Position numbers and translations under genes: made by a program
Part shown: in pieces, positions 7,172 through 17,552 of the stretch
Layout: each line of letters begins with the position of its first letter
Numbering within the stretch: position 1 is the stretch's first letter
Virus record (IMG/VR): IMGVR_UViG_3300012920_000054
Location: 1 to 52,933 of that record
Direction: 5' to 3' (one strand)
From: a virus
Taxonomy: Duplodnaviria > Caudoviricetes
Length of the DNA: 52,933 nucleotides
The notes under the pieces: model-generated
What the model was told of the DNA's origin: nothing
Databases searched by the model: none
Seen by the model: only the letters and a program-made list of their open reading frames with translations

Positions 7172-8937
7172 TATGAAATGTACTCTGTATCAGTATTATA
7201 TGCTGTAAAGCCGCCTTCTTTTACAACTGTTAATACATTATTTACACGACCTACAAGTTCTTCTTTATGTGATATAAGCAAAATGTTTTTAGAATGTTCT
7301 CTATTCATTTTCTTGAGTATTGCTAATGCGTTTTCAACACCAGTAGTATCCATACCACTGTCTATAAGTTCATCAACACACATCAAGTTCATAGGATGAT
7401 TGAGACTTTCAAATATGTCTCTGAATGCCCAACTTAGTCCTAGTATAAGTCTATTACGTTCTCCTCTACTTAAATTATCAAAGTCTAAGTCTCTGCCATA
7501 CTCTGTGATCTCTACTCCTAAGTCACTAGCAAATTTTACATCATGCGGCAAACCTAACTTGTCTAAGTAGTGTGCAAGTCTGTGATTTAGATATGCAATA
7601 TTTTGATCAATAATACGTTTACGGATAAAACTGTCTTTGCTTGTTAGAAGTTTGTATAAAAACTCTTGGTGTTCTTTTAGGTGTGTTACTTCGTTAATAA
7701 TTTCAAAGTCAATTTCTTGTATACCTGTTTCACGCAGATTTTCAACTTGTTCATCATATGGATTTATTTCTTCTGCTTTTTCTTCAAGTTGTTTTTCTAA
7801 TGTGTCTAAGTTGTGTTTGTGTTCTAATGCATTTTCTAATGTTTCGTAAAATGTATCTTGTAATTCTGGAAGTACACCTAACTCTTCTAATGCATTGTCA
7901 AGTTCTTGTATACGTTCCTCAAGTCCTTCTCTGTATTTTACTTCTTCTGTGTACTTGTCTTCGAGATCCTTAGTATATTCCTCATGTGTGTCTAAGTGTG
8001 CTGTACTTTGTTCACAAGCAGGACACACACCTTCTTTTGCTTTTTGTATATTGTTCTCTAGTTCTGCTAATTTAGAAATACTTCTATTCAACGAAGTTGT
8101 AGTAGTTGTTTGTTCTTTTTCGATAGTGTTTATAGCAGTTTTTTGCTCACTAACATCTGCATTACTTTTATGTGCGGAAATTTCTTGCTCAATATCTATC
8201 TCCATAAGTGTACTAATGGATGTAGCCATATCTTCAAGTTTTTCAGAATGTGTTTTTGCCCATGCCTTGCTTCTGCTAGTAATCTCACTAATATTTTTTT
8301 CAATACGTTTGTTACTAGCCTCTATGGCATTTATTTTAATTTCTTCTTCTTTGATTCTATCCCTGCTGTCTTTCATAAGTTCTTTGAGAACTTCTGCTTT
8401 TTCGGATAGTTCTGTTATGCCTAACAGTTGTTCAATCATGTCACGTTGATCATTAGGCTTCATACCTAAGAAAGGTTCTGTGTATGTGTTTAGTGCAATC
8501 AAATGCTTAAACATTAGATGAGGGAAACCAATAATTTTCTCAATATCTTTTTGTGTTTCTCTACTGTCGCCTTGTTGTTCTTGATCTCCTGGCTCTACAC
8601 CGTCAATATACAGTTTGAGAATGTTAGGACGTCTGCCTCTTTCTATTCTGTATTCAGTGCCATCAATTTCGAAGTCAACTGTAACAATCATTGACTTACC
8701 ATTTGTTTTGTTGATGAGGTTATCACGCCTAATGTTTGTTAGTGCTTCTCCGTATAGTGCATAACTTAGTGCATTGATAATAGTAGTTTTACCTGTACCA
8801 TTCCTACTTCCATCTCCGCCCATGTCTAGATTGTGCCCTAGTACCAATGTTAAATTAACATTGTCAAAATTTACTGCCTGAGTTTGAGCACCAACACTCA
8901 TAAAATTCTTAGCAGATACGTTTTTGATCTTCAACAT
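7171..8937 (-). CDS. Recombination exonuclease ATPase subunit (T4 gp46 / Rad50-SbcC-like)
   Basis: Walker A NGTGKTT, coiled coils, Zn-hook CPAC, signature LSRGE, Walker B CVDELID and H-loop ISH. Confidence 0.95.
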   Translation of the reverse strand: MLKIKNVSAKNFMSVGAQTQAVNFDNVNLTLVLGHNLDMGGDGSRNGTGKTTIINALSYALYGEALTNIRRDNLINKTNGKSMIVTVDFEIDGTEYRIERGRRPNILKLYIDGVEPGDQEQQGDSRETQKDIEKIIGFPHLMFKHLIALNTYTEPFLGMKPNDQRDMIEQLLGITELSEKAEVLKELMKDSRDRIKEEEIKINAIEASNKRIEKNISEITSRSKAWAKTHSEKLEDMATSISTLMEIDIEQEISAHKSNADVSEQKTAINTIEKEQTTTTTSLNRSISKLAELENNIQKAKEGVCPACEQSTAHLDTHEEYTKDLEDKYTEEVKYREGLEERIQELDNALEELGVLPELQDTFYETLENALEHKHNLDTLEKQLEEKAEEINPYDEQVENLRETGIQEIDFEIINEVTHLKEHQEFLYKLLTSKDSFIRKRIIDQNIAYLNHRLAHYLDKLGLPHDVKFASDLGVEITEYGRDLDFDNLSRGERNRLILGLSWAFRDIFESLNHPMNLMCVDELIDSGMDTTGVENALAILKKMNREHSKNILLISHKEELVGRVNNVLTVVKEGGFTAYNTDTEYIS

Positions 8938-8939
8938 AA

Positions 8940-9956
8940 TTAAATTTCTATTCCGTTATAGATGTCGATAAGTCTTTGTTTATCAATAGTTTTAGAGTCA
9001 ATAGTTTCTAATTGTGTGATAACAATCTTATCCACACTTTCAAATTCAATCTCGCCACCTTCGTAGGCTTCCTCTTCTTCCTTGATTGGTATAAGTTGTA
9101 ATTCTCGTACATTATATTGCTCTGCCATCTTTTCTCTTATAAAGTTTGCCTCTTCATAAGATATACTGATGTCAAGTTTTACTCTTGCATAAGTGTACTC
9201 GTCTAATAGTGTTTCGTGATTGTCTAGCAGATCTTTTAATGTAAAAGATTTGTACTTAGGACATTCTGCCCAGTTTACATACACTGGCTCCTTGTCCCAT
9301 TCTAAGAACATTGCACCTCTGTCAGTATCGCCAACGTCTGCGTAATTGTGTGGGAAAGCATTACCTATATAGTGTATGTTGTTTTTGTATTGACGTTTGT
9401 GGAAGTGTCCACTAAACACATATTCAGGACCTGATAAGTCCTCTGCTTTAAGTCCACCGTGGTCGGGCATATCTACTAGGGCGTTCATTTTGAAGTACGG
9501 CAACTCTAGGTGCCCAAAGAAATATTTGGCTGTACATTTGGAAAGTGTTTTCCATTCGTCGCCAACCAACCACGGGGAAATTGCTACATCACCTTGCTCA
9601 AATGGTTCATCAACCATTACAAAGTTCGATAAGTCTCTTGCGTATTCGATGCTGTTTAGATCACGTTTGTCTCTGTAGTACAAATCATGATTACCTGTAA
9701 TAAAGTATACCTTTTCAAAAGCATCATTTAGTTTTTTTAAGTCTTTGATTGTTGCGTTCATAGTAGCAATATTAATACTTGCTCTATGATGATGCCAATC
9801 ACCTAGAAATATACATGTCTCACAATCTCTTGCTTTAGACTCTTCGATAAACCAATCTACAAATCTAGCACAATCGTCGAGATGTAATCTACTATTTTGC
9901 TTTAGGCCGTAGTGAATATCCGTGAAACACGCGGCATGTTTAAAAAGTTGTGACAT
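8940..9956 (-). CDS. Recombination exonuclease nuclease subunit (T4 gp47 / Mre11-SbcD-like)
   Basis: Metallophosphoesterase motifs TDIH, GDWHH, GNHD, GHLE and GHFH; adjacent to gp46. Confidence 0.95.
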   Translation of the reverse strand: MSQLFKHAACFTDIHYGLKQNSRLHLDDCARFVDWFIEESKARDCETCIFLGDWHHHRASINIATMNATIKDLKKLNDAFEKVYFITGNHDLYYRDKRDLNSIEYARDLSNFVMVDEPFEQGDVAISPWLVGDEWKTLSKCTAKYFFGHLELPYFKMNALVDMPDHGGLKAEDLSGPEYVFSGHFHKRQYKNNIHYIGNAFPHNYADVGDTDRGAMFLEWDKEPVYVNWAECPKYKSFTLKDLLDNHETLLDEYTYARVKLDISISYEEANFIREKMAEQYNVRELQLIPIKEEEEAYEGGEIEFESVDKIVITQLETIDSKTIDKQRLIDIYNGIEI

Positions 9957-9959
9957 AAA

Positions 9960-10832
9960 TTAATCAAAGGCTCCTTCATCGCTTTTCCCTGATTCCATTG
10001 ATTCCCGCAGAATTCTCATTTCGTCTTCGTGTTTAATCTGTCTGCTGTAACTTGGTAAGTGCCCTTGATCTATTAGAATATCATCTCTGATACTTTGATT
10101 ACGTTTTTCAAGATTTAGTACTCTTGTAAAACTATTAATAACTGCCGCTGTATAGTATGCAAAAGGATTATCACTTTTTGCTTCGTTAAACTGTAAGCCT
10201 ACTTGGCTAAGTTGAACTAATGCTTGTCCACGCATTTCATCTACATAAGTGTAACCACGCCAGTTTGCTCTGTGGCTAAATCTTTCAACAAGTTTTAAGA
10301 ACATAGTTCCAAGTTTGTTAGTGATTCTTCCTACAGACGGACTAAATTTTCCGTTGCTTAGGCTACCTTCCCAATGACTTCTTGCAACTTCTTTAAGTTC
10401 TCCATTTTGAAATGCATAATGCTTGAAAGGTGGAAAATTAACTTTTGCCTTTGTTTCTGCTTCATTTCTAGGATTCTTTTTTCTGCCAGGCTCTAATGGA
10501 ATGTGTTCCATTGTCATGACTCTAAAAGTTACATCTTCGTCTGAAATAGTAGCAATATCTACAGCAAACTCTTTTTGCTTTGGCTTGTTTCTGTAGTCGC
10601 CACTACCATGCTGTATCATTGCTTCAGCATAGGCTTCGCTTTGAATTCTTGATGCTTGGTTTTCTTTTGCTTGTTTAATTGCTGTTTTATTAATCTTCTT
10701 AACGTCATCTACAATAACGTCATGCTGGAAATATTTCTCGTCCGATAGCCAACAAAAACTCATCTTGCTTTTGTGAATCTCTTTCAAGATGTCCTTATTA
10801 TTAAGGTAATTTACCTTCTTAGGTTGTGCCAT
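9960..10832 (-). CDS. Late transcription sigma factor (T4 gp55-like)
   Basis: N-terminal NYLNNKD, then NWRGYTYVDEM and NPFAYYT motifs typical of gp55. Canonical gp55-gp47-gp46 order. Confidence 0.88.
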   Translation of the reverse strand: MAQPKKVNYLNNKDILKEIHKSKMSFCWLSDEKYFQHDVIVDDVKKINKTAIKQAKENQASRIQSEAYAEAMIQHGSGDYRNKPKQKEFAVDIATISDEDVTFRVMTMEHIPLEPGRKKNPRNEAETKAKVNFPPFKHYAFQNGELKEVARSHWEGSLSNGKFSPSVGRITNKLGTMFLKLVERFSHRANWRGYTYVDEMRGQALVQLSQVGLQFNEAKSDNPFAYYTAAVINSFTRVLNLEKRNQSIRDDILIDQGHLPSYSRQIKHEDEMRILRESMESGKSDEGAFD

Positions 10833-10863
10833 GTGTTCTCCAAAATTATAATATTAAACAGTT

Positions 10864-10905
10864 ATTATACATTATACTTAACAAAAGTCAAGCAGTTTTT
10901 GTCAA
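10864..10905 (-). promoter_or_regulatory. Sigma70-like promoter for gp55-gp47-gp46-GIY-YIG operon
   Basis: TTGACT 10891-10886, 16-nt spacer, TATAAT 10869-10864; an additional TTGACA at 10905-10900. Confidence 0.65.
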
Positions 10906-10940
10906 AATCGTGAAAAATAAAAACAGCACTTAATGATGTT

Positions 10941-10948
10941 GATAAATA
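10941..10948 (+). promoter_or_regulatory. Late-type promoter motif GATAAATA heading the baseplate operon
   Basis: Octamer followed by GGAG at 10957-10960 and ATG at 10966. Confidence 0.65.
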
Positions 10949-10965
10949 CAAATATAGGAGACAAT

Positions 10966-11877
10966 ATGGTTGATTTTTTATCTAAAACCAAGAATGCGTT
11001 CAATGGACTGCTAAACAACAAAATAGCAGAAGCCAGCAGTAAACTTGGCAATAAAAACCCTTTAGCAAAGACATTCTTTGATAGAATGCTTGGTTCTGCA
11101 TTTCCTGGTTATGGTTTACCAAACAATCCAAACATAGCACTTACTGAAGGAGAGATTGACCGCAGACTACAAAGTTTAATAGCAGAAGCAGAACTTATGT
11201 CTCAGGCGTCTGAAAGAATTGAAACAGACGAAACATTGTCTCAATCATACGATTGGAGAGCAAGACTCAGACCTAAAAAAGGTGGTGAAAGTCTATTTTA
11301 TCAAAAAACTACAAAAGGTGACTCAGGTGATTACTTATTAAAACCTATTGAAGAGTCTGGTGGCATGGTATGGCAATACACTCCAAACATTATGATGCAA
11401 GGACAATCAAATTACAATCAAGCACATTATCAAGGCATGAACTATCAGATACCAACGTTTCAAAATAGTACACCGCCTATCTTGCCAGTAGCCGCTGATT
11501 TCACAGCAAACGATATTTACGAAGCAAGATACTTGTTAGCCATTTTTGCATTTTTAAGAATATGCGGTAAAGGCACATTTGGAGATTCAGCAGTAGCGGC
11601 TGGTAACTACGGTAGACCACCGCCAGTATTACTATTTGAATACATGGGTGACCACATGTTTAACAAGGTACCTGTAATTGTTACAAGTTACAACATACAG
11701 TTAATGGAAGAAGTTGACTATGTACCTGTTAAAGTTGGTGATACTGTTACGCATGTGCCTACAAGAACAAACATAATGGTTAACTTAGAAACAGCATACA
11801 CACCACAGAAACTAAGAAGGAAGTTTAACCTCGATACACTTACAAGCGGTGAATCATATAAGGATGGATTTATCTAA
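10966..11877 (+). CDS. Baseplate/tail tube initiator-type protein (gp48/gp54-like)
   Basis: Start revised to 10966 (RBS GGAG). Motifs WQYTPNI, GRPPPVLLF and FNKVPVIVTSY resemble contractile-tail tube initiators; lies before a gp53-like gene. Confidence 0.6.
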   Translation: MVDFLSKTKNAFNGLLNNKIAEASSKLGNKNPLAKTFFDRMLGSAFPGYGLPNNPNIALTEGEIDRRLQSLIAEAELMSQASERIETDETLSQSYDWRARLRPKKGGESLFYQKTTKGDSGDYLLKPIEESGGMVWQYTPNIMMQGQSNYNQAHYQGMNYQIPTFQNSTPPILPVAADFTANDIYEARYLLAIFAFLRICGKGTFGDSAVAAGNYGRPPPVLLFEYMGDHMFNKVPVIVTSYNIQLMEEVDYVPVKVGDTVTHVPTRTNIMVNLETAYTPQKLRRKFNLDTLTSGESYKDGFI

Positions 11878-12179
11878 TGCCTACATATAAAAGAGAAAGT
11901 TTTTTAAGCAGAGCAGAAAATAGAGATTCTCAGTTTCTCGATGTCAATGTGAACATTCCTAAAATAGGAAAAAGCATTGAAGATGAAACATTCACAATTA
12001 CACCGGAATACGAGGAAAGACCAGATAAACTAGCACATGTACTATACGAAAAAAATCAATTATGGTGGGTGTTTGCGGCAAGGAATCCGGATATTTTAAA
12101 AGATCCACTTGGAGACTTTAAAGCAGGAACTACTATTAAATTACCTGCGATGTCTTCTATAAAGAACATTACAGGTTAA
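11877..12179 (+). CDS. Baseplate wedge protein, LysM-like (gp53-like)
   Basis: ERPDKLAHVLYEKNQLWWVFAARN...GTTIKLP; TAATG coupling to the upstream gene. Confidence 0.8.
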   Translation: MPTYKRESFLSRAENRDSQFLDVNVNIPKIGKSIEDETFTITPEYEERPDKLAHVLYEKNQLWWVFAARNPDILKDPLGDFKAGTTIKLPAMSSIKNITG

Positions 12180-12180
12180 G

Positions 12181-14544
12181 ATGGCAAACAGCAATATACC
12201 TCAAATAGATGATCCATACGTAGGCAAAGTTTACGGAAACATTCTCGACAGATATGCATTACCAACTTATAATGTAAAGTTGTACATGCTCAGAAAAGAA
12301 CTTTCTGTTGACGCCAAAGACGGTGTTGCTTCTTTTGATGAATCCTTAACAGGACCTCCACAAGATCAAGTTATACTAGCACAAACAGGTGTAACTGCCG
12401 CATCTATAGATGATATAAGTATACAGGCACTAACTGCCACTGACGGACCAAATGCAATACAAGTCGACTTTACTGTACATCAACCTGGTGCCGCTACATT
12501 TTTAGATCAGATGCAAATGGCAAGAGCATTTCTTGGCCAAGAAAATGATTACATGCCTGTAGTATTTTTAGAAATACGATTCCAGGGCTATGAAGCAGGG
12601 TATGAACCAGACGAAGATGACGGCGGCGAATTTGCACAAATTTGCGGACCTTATAGATGGAAACTTAACATAACAGAAATAAATGTAGAAATAGATGAGG
12701 GCGGAAGTAGATACGATATCAAAGCAATACCAACAAAAAGTTTTGCTTATAGCAGTCCTCTGTTTAAAATACCAGCAAATATAAGTACAGCAGGCAAGAC
12801 AATCACAGAGCATGTTAATAGTTTACAAGAACAACTAAACACTTATCACAAAGAAACTGCTACGCATGAAGTCCCAGATGAATTTGAATTTGACTTAGAA
12901 GCATTACTTGGTACTGAAACTGATGCTAACTCTGATGGTACTGCTAAACAAAATAGAATAAATGATGAGACATTAATTACTAGTGCAGATGCAGAAGCAG
13001 ATGAACGTAACAGACTTTTGAGAACTTACGAAATAGGAGATGCTGTTACCGCCAAGCAGGCGTTAGTCGATGAGCCAAAAGTAGAAGGCGAAGAACCAGA
13101 ACAAATATTTGAAGAAGACAAAATTAATGTTCCTAAAGACATGACCATTGAAAAATACTTTGCAACGTTGCTTAGTATGAACCAAGAATTTTACGATAAG
13201 ATTAGTAGGAAAGAACAAATAGATGATGCAGAGTCTGATGCTAACACTTCAGAAGCACATGTTATATGGTTTAAAATGGATGCAAATGTCACACAATTAA
13301 AGTTTGATAAATCTAGAAACTCATATGCACATAAGGTAATATACAAACCAAGACTGTATAGAAGTTCAAGGCCTGATATTGTAATTGACTCAAAGGAAAT
13401 AGAAGTATCCAAAGAAGATTATAAAAACAGAGCAGAAGAAATTTTTGCAACAGGCGGTTTGAAAAAAGCATATCATTACATATTCTCTGGACTTAATGAT
13501 CAAATAAAAAGTTTAGATATAAAATACAATAACGGTATTGCATTATTAGTTCCACCAAAGGGAGGTGCTATTGGACAAGCCGCACTAGTGTTGGCAGAAA
13601 AAGCCGGTTCTATTCCTGCAGGAGAAGATACTACATTAGAAGGTGTTGTTGAAAACTTAATTGAAGCAAAAGGAAATGCAACAGCAAAAGATATCTTCAA
13701 AGATTTTATGGATGGCATTAATAAATTAAAAGACATAGCAGAAGATGGATTATCAGGATTGGTGCAACAATTAGAAGATGCAACGGGTCTTGATGTTGAA
13801 ACTATTACTGGTGCATTGCAAGGAAATAACGAAGCAAATCAACAAGCATTAGAAAATGCATTAGATTCAAAAGCACTTAAAAAACTTAATAACGAAACAC
13901 AAATTACTGCCACAGAACCATTCCCAGAATACAATCCTGAACTCAGTGATTATAATTATGCTGTTGATTTAGTCAACCCATTGGAAACACCTCTTACAGC
14001 AAATGACTTAGAAGAATTAGGCTATCTAACACTTGAGAGAGTAGAAGAAGCAACAGTAATAAAACAAAAACTTGATTCAACAGAAAATGTAAATGATCCT
14101 GAAAGCCAAGCCGCCACAATTAAAAAAGGTAGTGTACAAAATACATTGTTTGGTGTGATTGCAAGTCAGCATTCAAATGATTTAGCATTCTTAATACAAC
14201 TAGACATGGAACTTAGAGGTGATCCTTGGTATTTGGGTAAAGATACAAATGATAATTCTGACGAGGAACAAGCAAATTTTTACAAAGATGATAATCACTT
14301 CTATTTAGGAATACGTTCTCCAAAGACATTCGATATGGACTGGCGAGATGAGGACAGTGATATAAATACTGGTTATTGGAAAGGAGACGGAGTCTCTAGA
14401 TCGTTCGGTGGAATATACAGATTGGTTAGTGTGACAAATAATTTTTCTAATGGTGAATACTCTGTAAGTGTAAATGCACAAAGAGTTGTACCAACACAAG
14501 AATCAAAAATAGAGAACACTAATAAAGAGGAACCAGCACCATAA
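12181..14544 (+). CDS. Probable baseplate hub protein (gp27-like)
   Basis: 787 aa between the gp53-like and gp5-like genes; C-terminal ELRGDPWYL and GIYRLVSVTNNFSNGEY motifs. Confidence 0.6.
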   Translation: MANSNIPQIDDPYVGKVYGNILDRYALPTYNVKLYMLRKELSVDAKDGVASFDESLTGPPQDQVILAQTGVTAASIDDISIQALTATDGPNAIQVDFTVHQPGAATFLDQMQMARAFLGQENDYMPVVFLEIRFQGYEAGYEPDEDDGGEFAQICGPYRWKLNITEINVEIDEGGSRYDIKAIPTKSFAYSSPLFKIPANISTAGKTITEHVNSLQEQLNTYHKETATHEVPDEFEFDLEALLGTETDANSDGTAKQNRINDETLITSADAEADERNRLLRTYEIGDAVTAKQALVDEPKVEGEEPEQIFEEDKINVPKDMTIEKYFATLLSMNQEFYDKISRKEQIDDAESDANTSEAHVIWFKMDANVTQLKFDKSRNSYAHKVIYKPRLYRSSRPDIVIDSKEIEVSKEDYKNRAEEIFATGGLKKAYHYIFSGLNDQIKSLDIKYNNGIALLVPPKGGAIGQAALVLAEKAGSIPAGEDTTLEGVVENLIEAKGNATAKDIFKDFMDGINKLKDIAEDGLSGLVQQLEDATGLDVETITGALQGNNEANQQALENALDSKALKKLNNETQITATEPFPEYNPELSDYNYAVDLVNPLETPLTANDLEELGYLTLERVEEATVIKQKLDSTENVNDPESQAATIKKGSVQNTLFGVIASQHSNDLAFLIQLDMELRGDPWYLGKDTNDNSDEEQANFYKDDNHFYLGIRSPKTFDMDWRDEDSDINTGYWKGDGVSRSFGGIYRLVSVTNNFSNGEYSVSVNAQRVVPTQESKIENTNKEEPAP

Positions 14545-17321
14545 TGGCTAAGAATTTAAACAGAACAAGACATAAGGCCGCAAATGCTAGAATTAAGTAC
14601 GAGAAGTCACTTAATAGGCGTTCCTTGTTGGGTGTTTTTCTTGCTGAAGTAGTATCAACCAGAGACGAATCAAGATCAGGCAGAATGGAAGTTTTTGTTC
14701 CTGCATTAGATGGTAGTAGAAGTAATACAGCATCATACATTCCATGTAGATGGGCATCACCATTTGCAGGCACAACAGATGTAGAAGGCTTAGGCGAAGA
14801 TGTTAAAGATTATATAGGCACACAAAAAAGTTACGGTATGTGGATGGTTCCACCAGACGTGGGAAACCTAGTACTAATTACTTTTGCAGATGCTAACCCT
14901 AGTCAGGCATTTGTAGTCAGTTGCGTTTTTCCAGATAAAATTCATCACATGGTACCAGGTATGTCAAGTGGTAAGAGTTACAGTGACCCTAGTTTGTCTA
15001 TGCCTGTAGCAGAAAAGAATAGAAGAGACGCAAGACAATCACACAACGATGCATTACGCCCTGTACACGTTGACTTAGCAGAATCAATTACAAAGCAAGG
15101 ACTTTTACAAGATCCATTAAGAGGTGCAGGAAAAGGTTCTTCAAGGAGAGAATCGCCAAGTGAAGTATTTGGAATACTTACTCCTGGACCAAGAGACCCT
15201 GACAACTTTAATCACAGATTGGGTGGACACCAATTTGTTATGGACGATAATTTAAAAGAATCCTTAATAAGACTTAGAACTAGAAGAGGCGTACAAATAC
15301 TATTAGATGATACAACTGGTAGTATATACATGATTAACAAACAAGGTAGTGCTTGGTTTGAATTAGCCGCAAACGGTGATATTAATTTGTTCAGTGAAGG
15401 CTCCATAAACATGAGAGCAGAAAAGAATATGAACATTAGAGCAGACGGCAATTTAAATTTAGAAGCAGGACAAAATGTCCTCATGAAGGCCGCAGGTGAT
15501 AGAAGTGCCAAAGGCGAATATGTTGGTATACCAATGCTAGGTGCATTAGGCATACCTCCATTAGGAGTAGGTGGTAATATTAGATTTGAAGCCACAGGTG
15601 CATTAACAGGCTTAGGTGCTACAGGTGTTGCTATGACATCAAAAGACGGTGATATGGATCTTAGTGCCGCAGGTAGAATTGCTTACACTGGTGCCAAACA
15701 TGATATGACAGCAATAGGAACTGCCTTACCTTGGGGTTCTGGTATTGCTTTTCTATCTGATGTAGGTGCAATTGATTTTAAATCTGCTATTGCCGTAAAT
15801 GCTGTATCAACTGGTCCAGTTTCTTTGATGGGTTCATTTATTAATCTCAATACAGGCCCAGGCATACCAGCAGTACCGCCCCAGCCGTCCGTACCAGCAC
15901 CGCAGATCGGAACAAACAAATTTAAAGATGCAGGAGAAAAGGCACCCGAGTTTGAAAAGCCAGAGCCTGGTATAACATCAGATTCAGACGGAGATGGCAC
16001 AAGCGATTTAGAAGGCGCAGTAGAAGTAAATGTTGAAAACACAATGAAGTCTGCAAAACCTTTGGCTCCTACCGCAGGTAAACGAACAGGTAAACAAGAC
16101 GAAGTTGAAACAATACTTACAGCACTGGTAACAAAAGAGCCATATGTATCGCACTATCAAGCAGATCCTATAACAAGTTCCGAACAGGAACCGTCAGCAG
16201 ATCAAGAAGTAGATGAAAAATTACCGCCAGCATCAAGTGAGGAAGGACAAGCAAAACCAGATGATGTGCAAACAACCAAAGGCACGAACAAAGGTGCAAA
16301 TTATGTTGACCAAGCAGGTAATGTTATTGCAGGTGTTACTGATCAAGCAAAAACAGCCACAGATAAAATTGGAGATGGTGTAGCAACAGCAACAGGTGTT
16401 GCAAATGACATTATGGGTGCTGTTAATGATCCATTAGGAGCCGCTGATTCGCTTTTAAGTGGTAATCCACAATACGACGAAGCATTAGGTATTCTTAATA
16501 ACTTTGCATCAATGGATGCTACAAAACTTTTAGAATTAGCAGGACTTGGTGGTGTTATAGCAGGTATTAAAGCCGCACTACCGCCGATTAGATTTCCAAC
16601 TTCAAATGCATTATCTGAAAAAATAATTGGCTTGCAAAAAGAATTAGATTTTATGATGGCAGAATTAGAAGCATTTGGTATTGACCAATTTGGCTTTGAC
16701 ATGGATATGTTAGGTGCAGAATTTGGTGAGCTGAAAGGTTTAGTTGACGATGCTATAGCAACAGCCACAGATGGTATGGACTTAGTAAACAAATTAAAAG
16801 AAGTTGGTATAACCATGCCTGTTGAAGGAGAAAGAATTTTCCAAGACAAGTTTGGTAACATGCTTGTTGATTTTAGTTCTGGCATAGGACCAGTGGGTTC
16901 AACATTAGGACTTGTTGGCGATATGAACAAAGTGTATTCTCAAATTGCAGGAGATATCGACACACCACTGCACGAAAATGGTAAACTTGCAATAACAAGT
17001 TTTGCTCAGAGTGTAGGGCCAGAAGTTTTTGCAAGTAGCAGACTTAGAGACTATGTAAACGATCCAAGTAAACACAACTTGGTTGGTAGAGAAATGCAAA
17101 AATGGGTATTAGATAAGCCAGGTGGTACAGTTGACCCAGTATTGCAAGGGAGACGTTTATACGAATCTCAACTTTATCAGTCACCCGACGAAATGGATTT
17201 AGACTTTGGTGATTTACCTGATGGGGGAGTTAGTTGGACAGAGTTGGCTGAAATGATCAAAACACAACGTGAAGAATTCTACGTTAAGAAAACTTCTGAA
17301 GATGGACCGCCTACTGCTTAG
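14544..17321 (+). CDS. Baseplate central spike (gp5/VgrG-like) with C-terminal lysozyme-like domain
   Basis: N-terminal OB-fold motifs (SRSGRMEVFVP, YGMWMVPPDVGNLVLITF), GHQFVMDD followed by beta-helix repeats, and a C-terminal GH24-like segment. Confidence 0.85.
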   Translation: MAKNLNRTRHKAANARIKYEKSLNRRSLLGVFLAEVVSTRDESRSGRMEVFVPALDGSRSNTASYIPCRWASPFAGTTDVEGLGEDVKDYIGTQKSYGMWMVPPDVGNLVLITFADANPSQAFVVSCVFPDKIHHMVPGMSSGKSYSDPSLSMPVAEKNRRDARQSHNDALRPVHVDLAESITKQGLLQDPLRGAGKGSSRRESPSEVFGILTPGPRDPDNFNHRLGGHQFVMDDNLKESLIRLRTRRGVQILLDDTTGSIYMINKQGSAWFELAANGDINLFSEGSINMRAEKNMNIRADGNLNLEAGQNVLMKAAGDRSAKGEYVGIPMLGALGIPPLGVGGNIRFEATGALTGLGATGVAMTSKDGDMDLSAAGRIAYTGAKHDMTAIGTALPWGSGIAFLSDVGAIDFKSAIAVNAVSTGPVSLMGSFINLNTGPGIPAVPPQPSVPAPQIGTNKFKDAGEKAPEFEKPEPGITSDSDGDGTSDLEGAVEVNVENTMKSAKPLAPTAGKRTGKQDEVETILTALVTKEPYVSHYQADPITSSEQEPSADQEVDEKLPPASSEEGQAKPDDVQTTKGTNKGANYVDQAGNVIAGVTDQAKTATDKIGDGVATATGVANDIMGAVNDPLGAADSLLSGNPQYDEALGILNNFASMDATKLLELAGLGGVIAGIKAALPPIRFPTSNALSEKIIGLQKELDFMMAELEAFGIDQFGFDMDMLGAEFGELKGLVDDAIATATDGMDLVNKLKEVGITMPVEGERIFQDKFGNMLVDFSSGIGPVGSTLGLVGDMNKVYSQIAGDIDTPLHENGKLAITSFAQSVGPEVFASSRLRDYVNDPSKHNLVGREMQKWVLDKPGGTVDPVLQGRRLYESQLYQSPDEMDLDFGDLPDGGVSWTELAEMIKTQREEFYVKKTSEDGPPTA

Positions 17322-17481
17322 TAGAGTTTAACTGCTTATTAAGTTCATTAATTCTTTTATATGCATTGTACTTTGCTTTTTGCTCTTCAGCAACACATTT
17401 CTTAAGAATATCAATTTGATTTTCTAAACTAATTGCTAGTCGTCTATAAGTTTCGGCTTCAGTTTTTTCGTGATCCGCCAT
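17311..17481 (-). CDS. Small coiled-coil hypothetical protein (56 aa)
   Basis: Not in the ORF track: MADHEKTEAETYRRLAISLENQIDILKKCVAEEQKAKYNAYKRINELNKQLNSTKQ*. TAAATA motif 5 nt upstream; fills the gap after gp5 with an 11-nt tail-to-tail overlap. Confidence 0.7.
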   Translation of the reverse strand: MADHEKTEAETYRRLAISLENQIDILKKCVAEEQKAKYNAYKRINELNKQLNSTKQ

Positions 17482-17525
17482 AATACTATTTACAAATTAT
17501 AGTGCAATAATTACACTTTATAGGT

Positions 17526-17550
17526 AAAAAAGGGCAGTTGCCTGCCCTTT
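17526..17550 (-). terminator. Rho-independent terminator
   Basis: Minus strand AAAGGGCAG-GCAA-CTGCCCTTTTTT directly after the stop of the 80-aa ORF. Confidence 0.85.
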
Positions 17551-17552
17551 GA

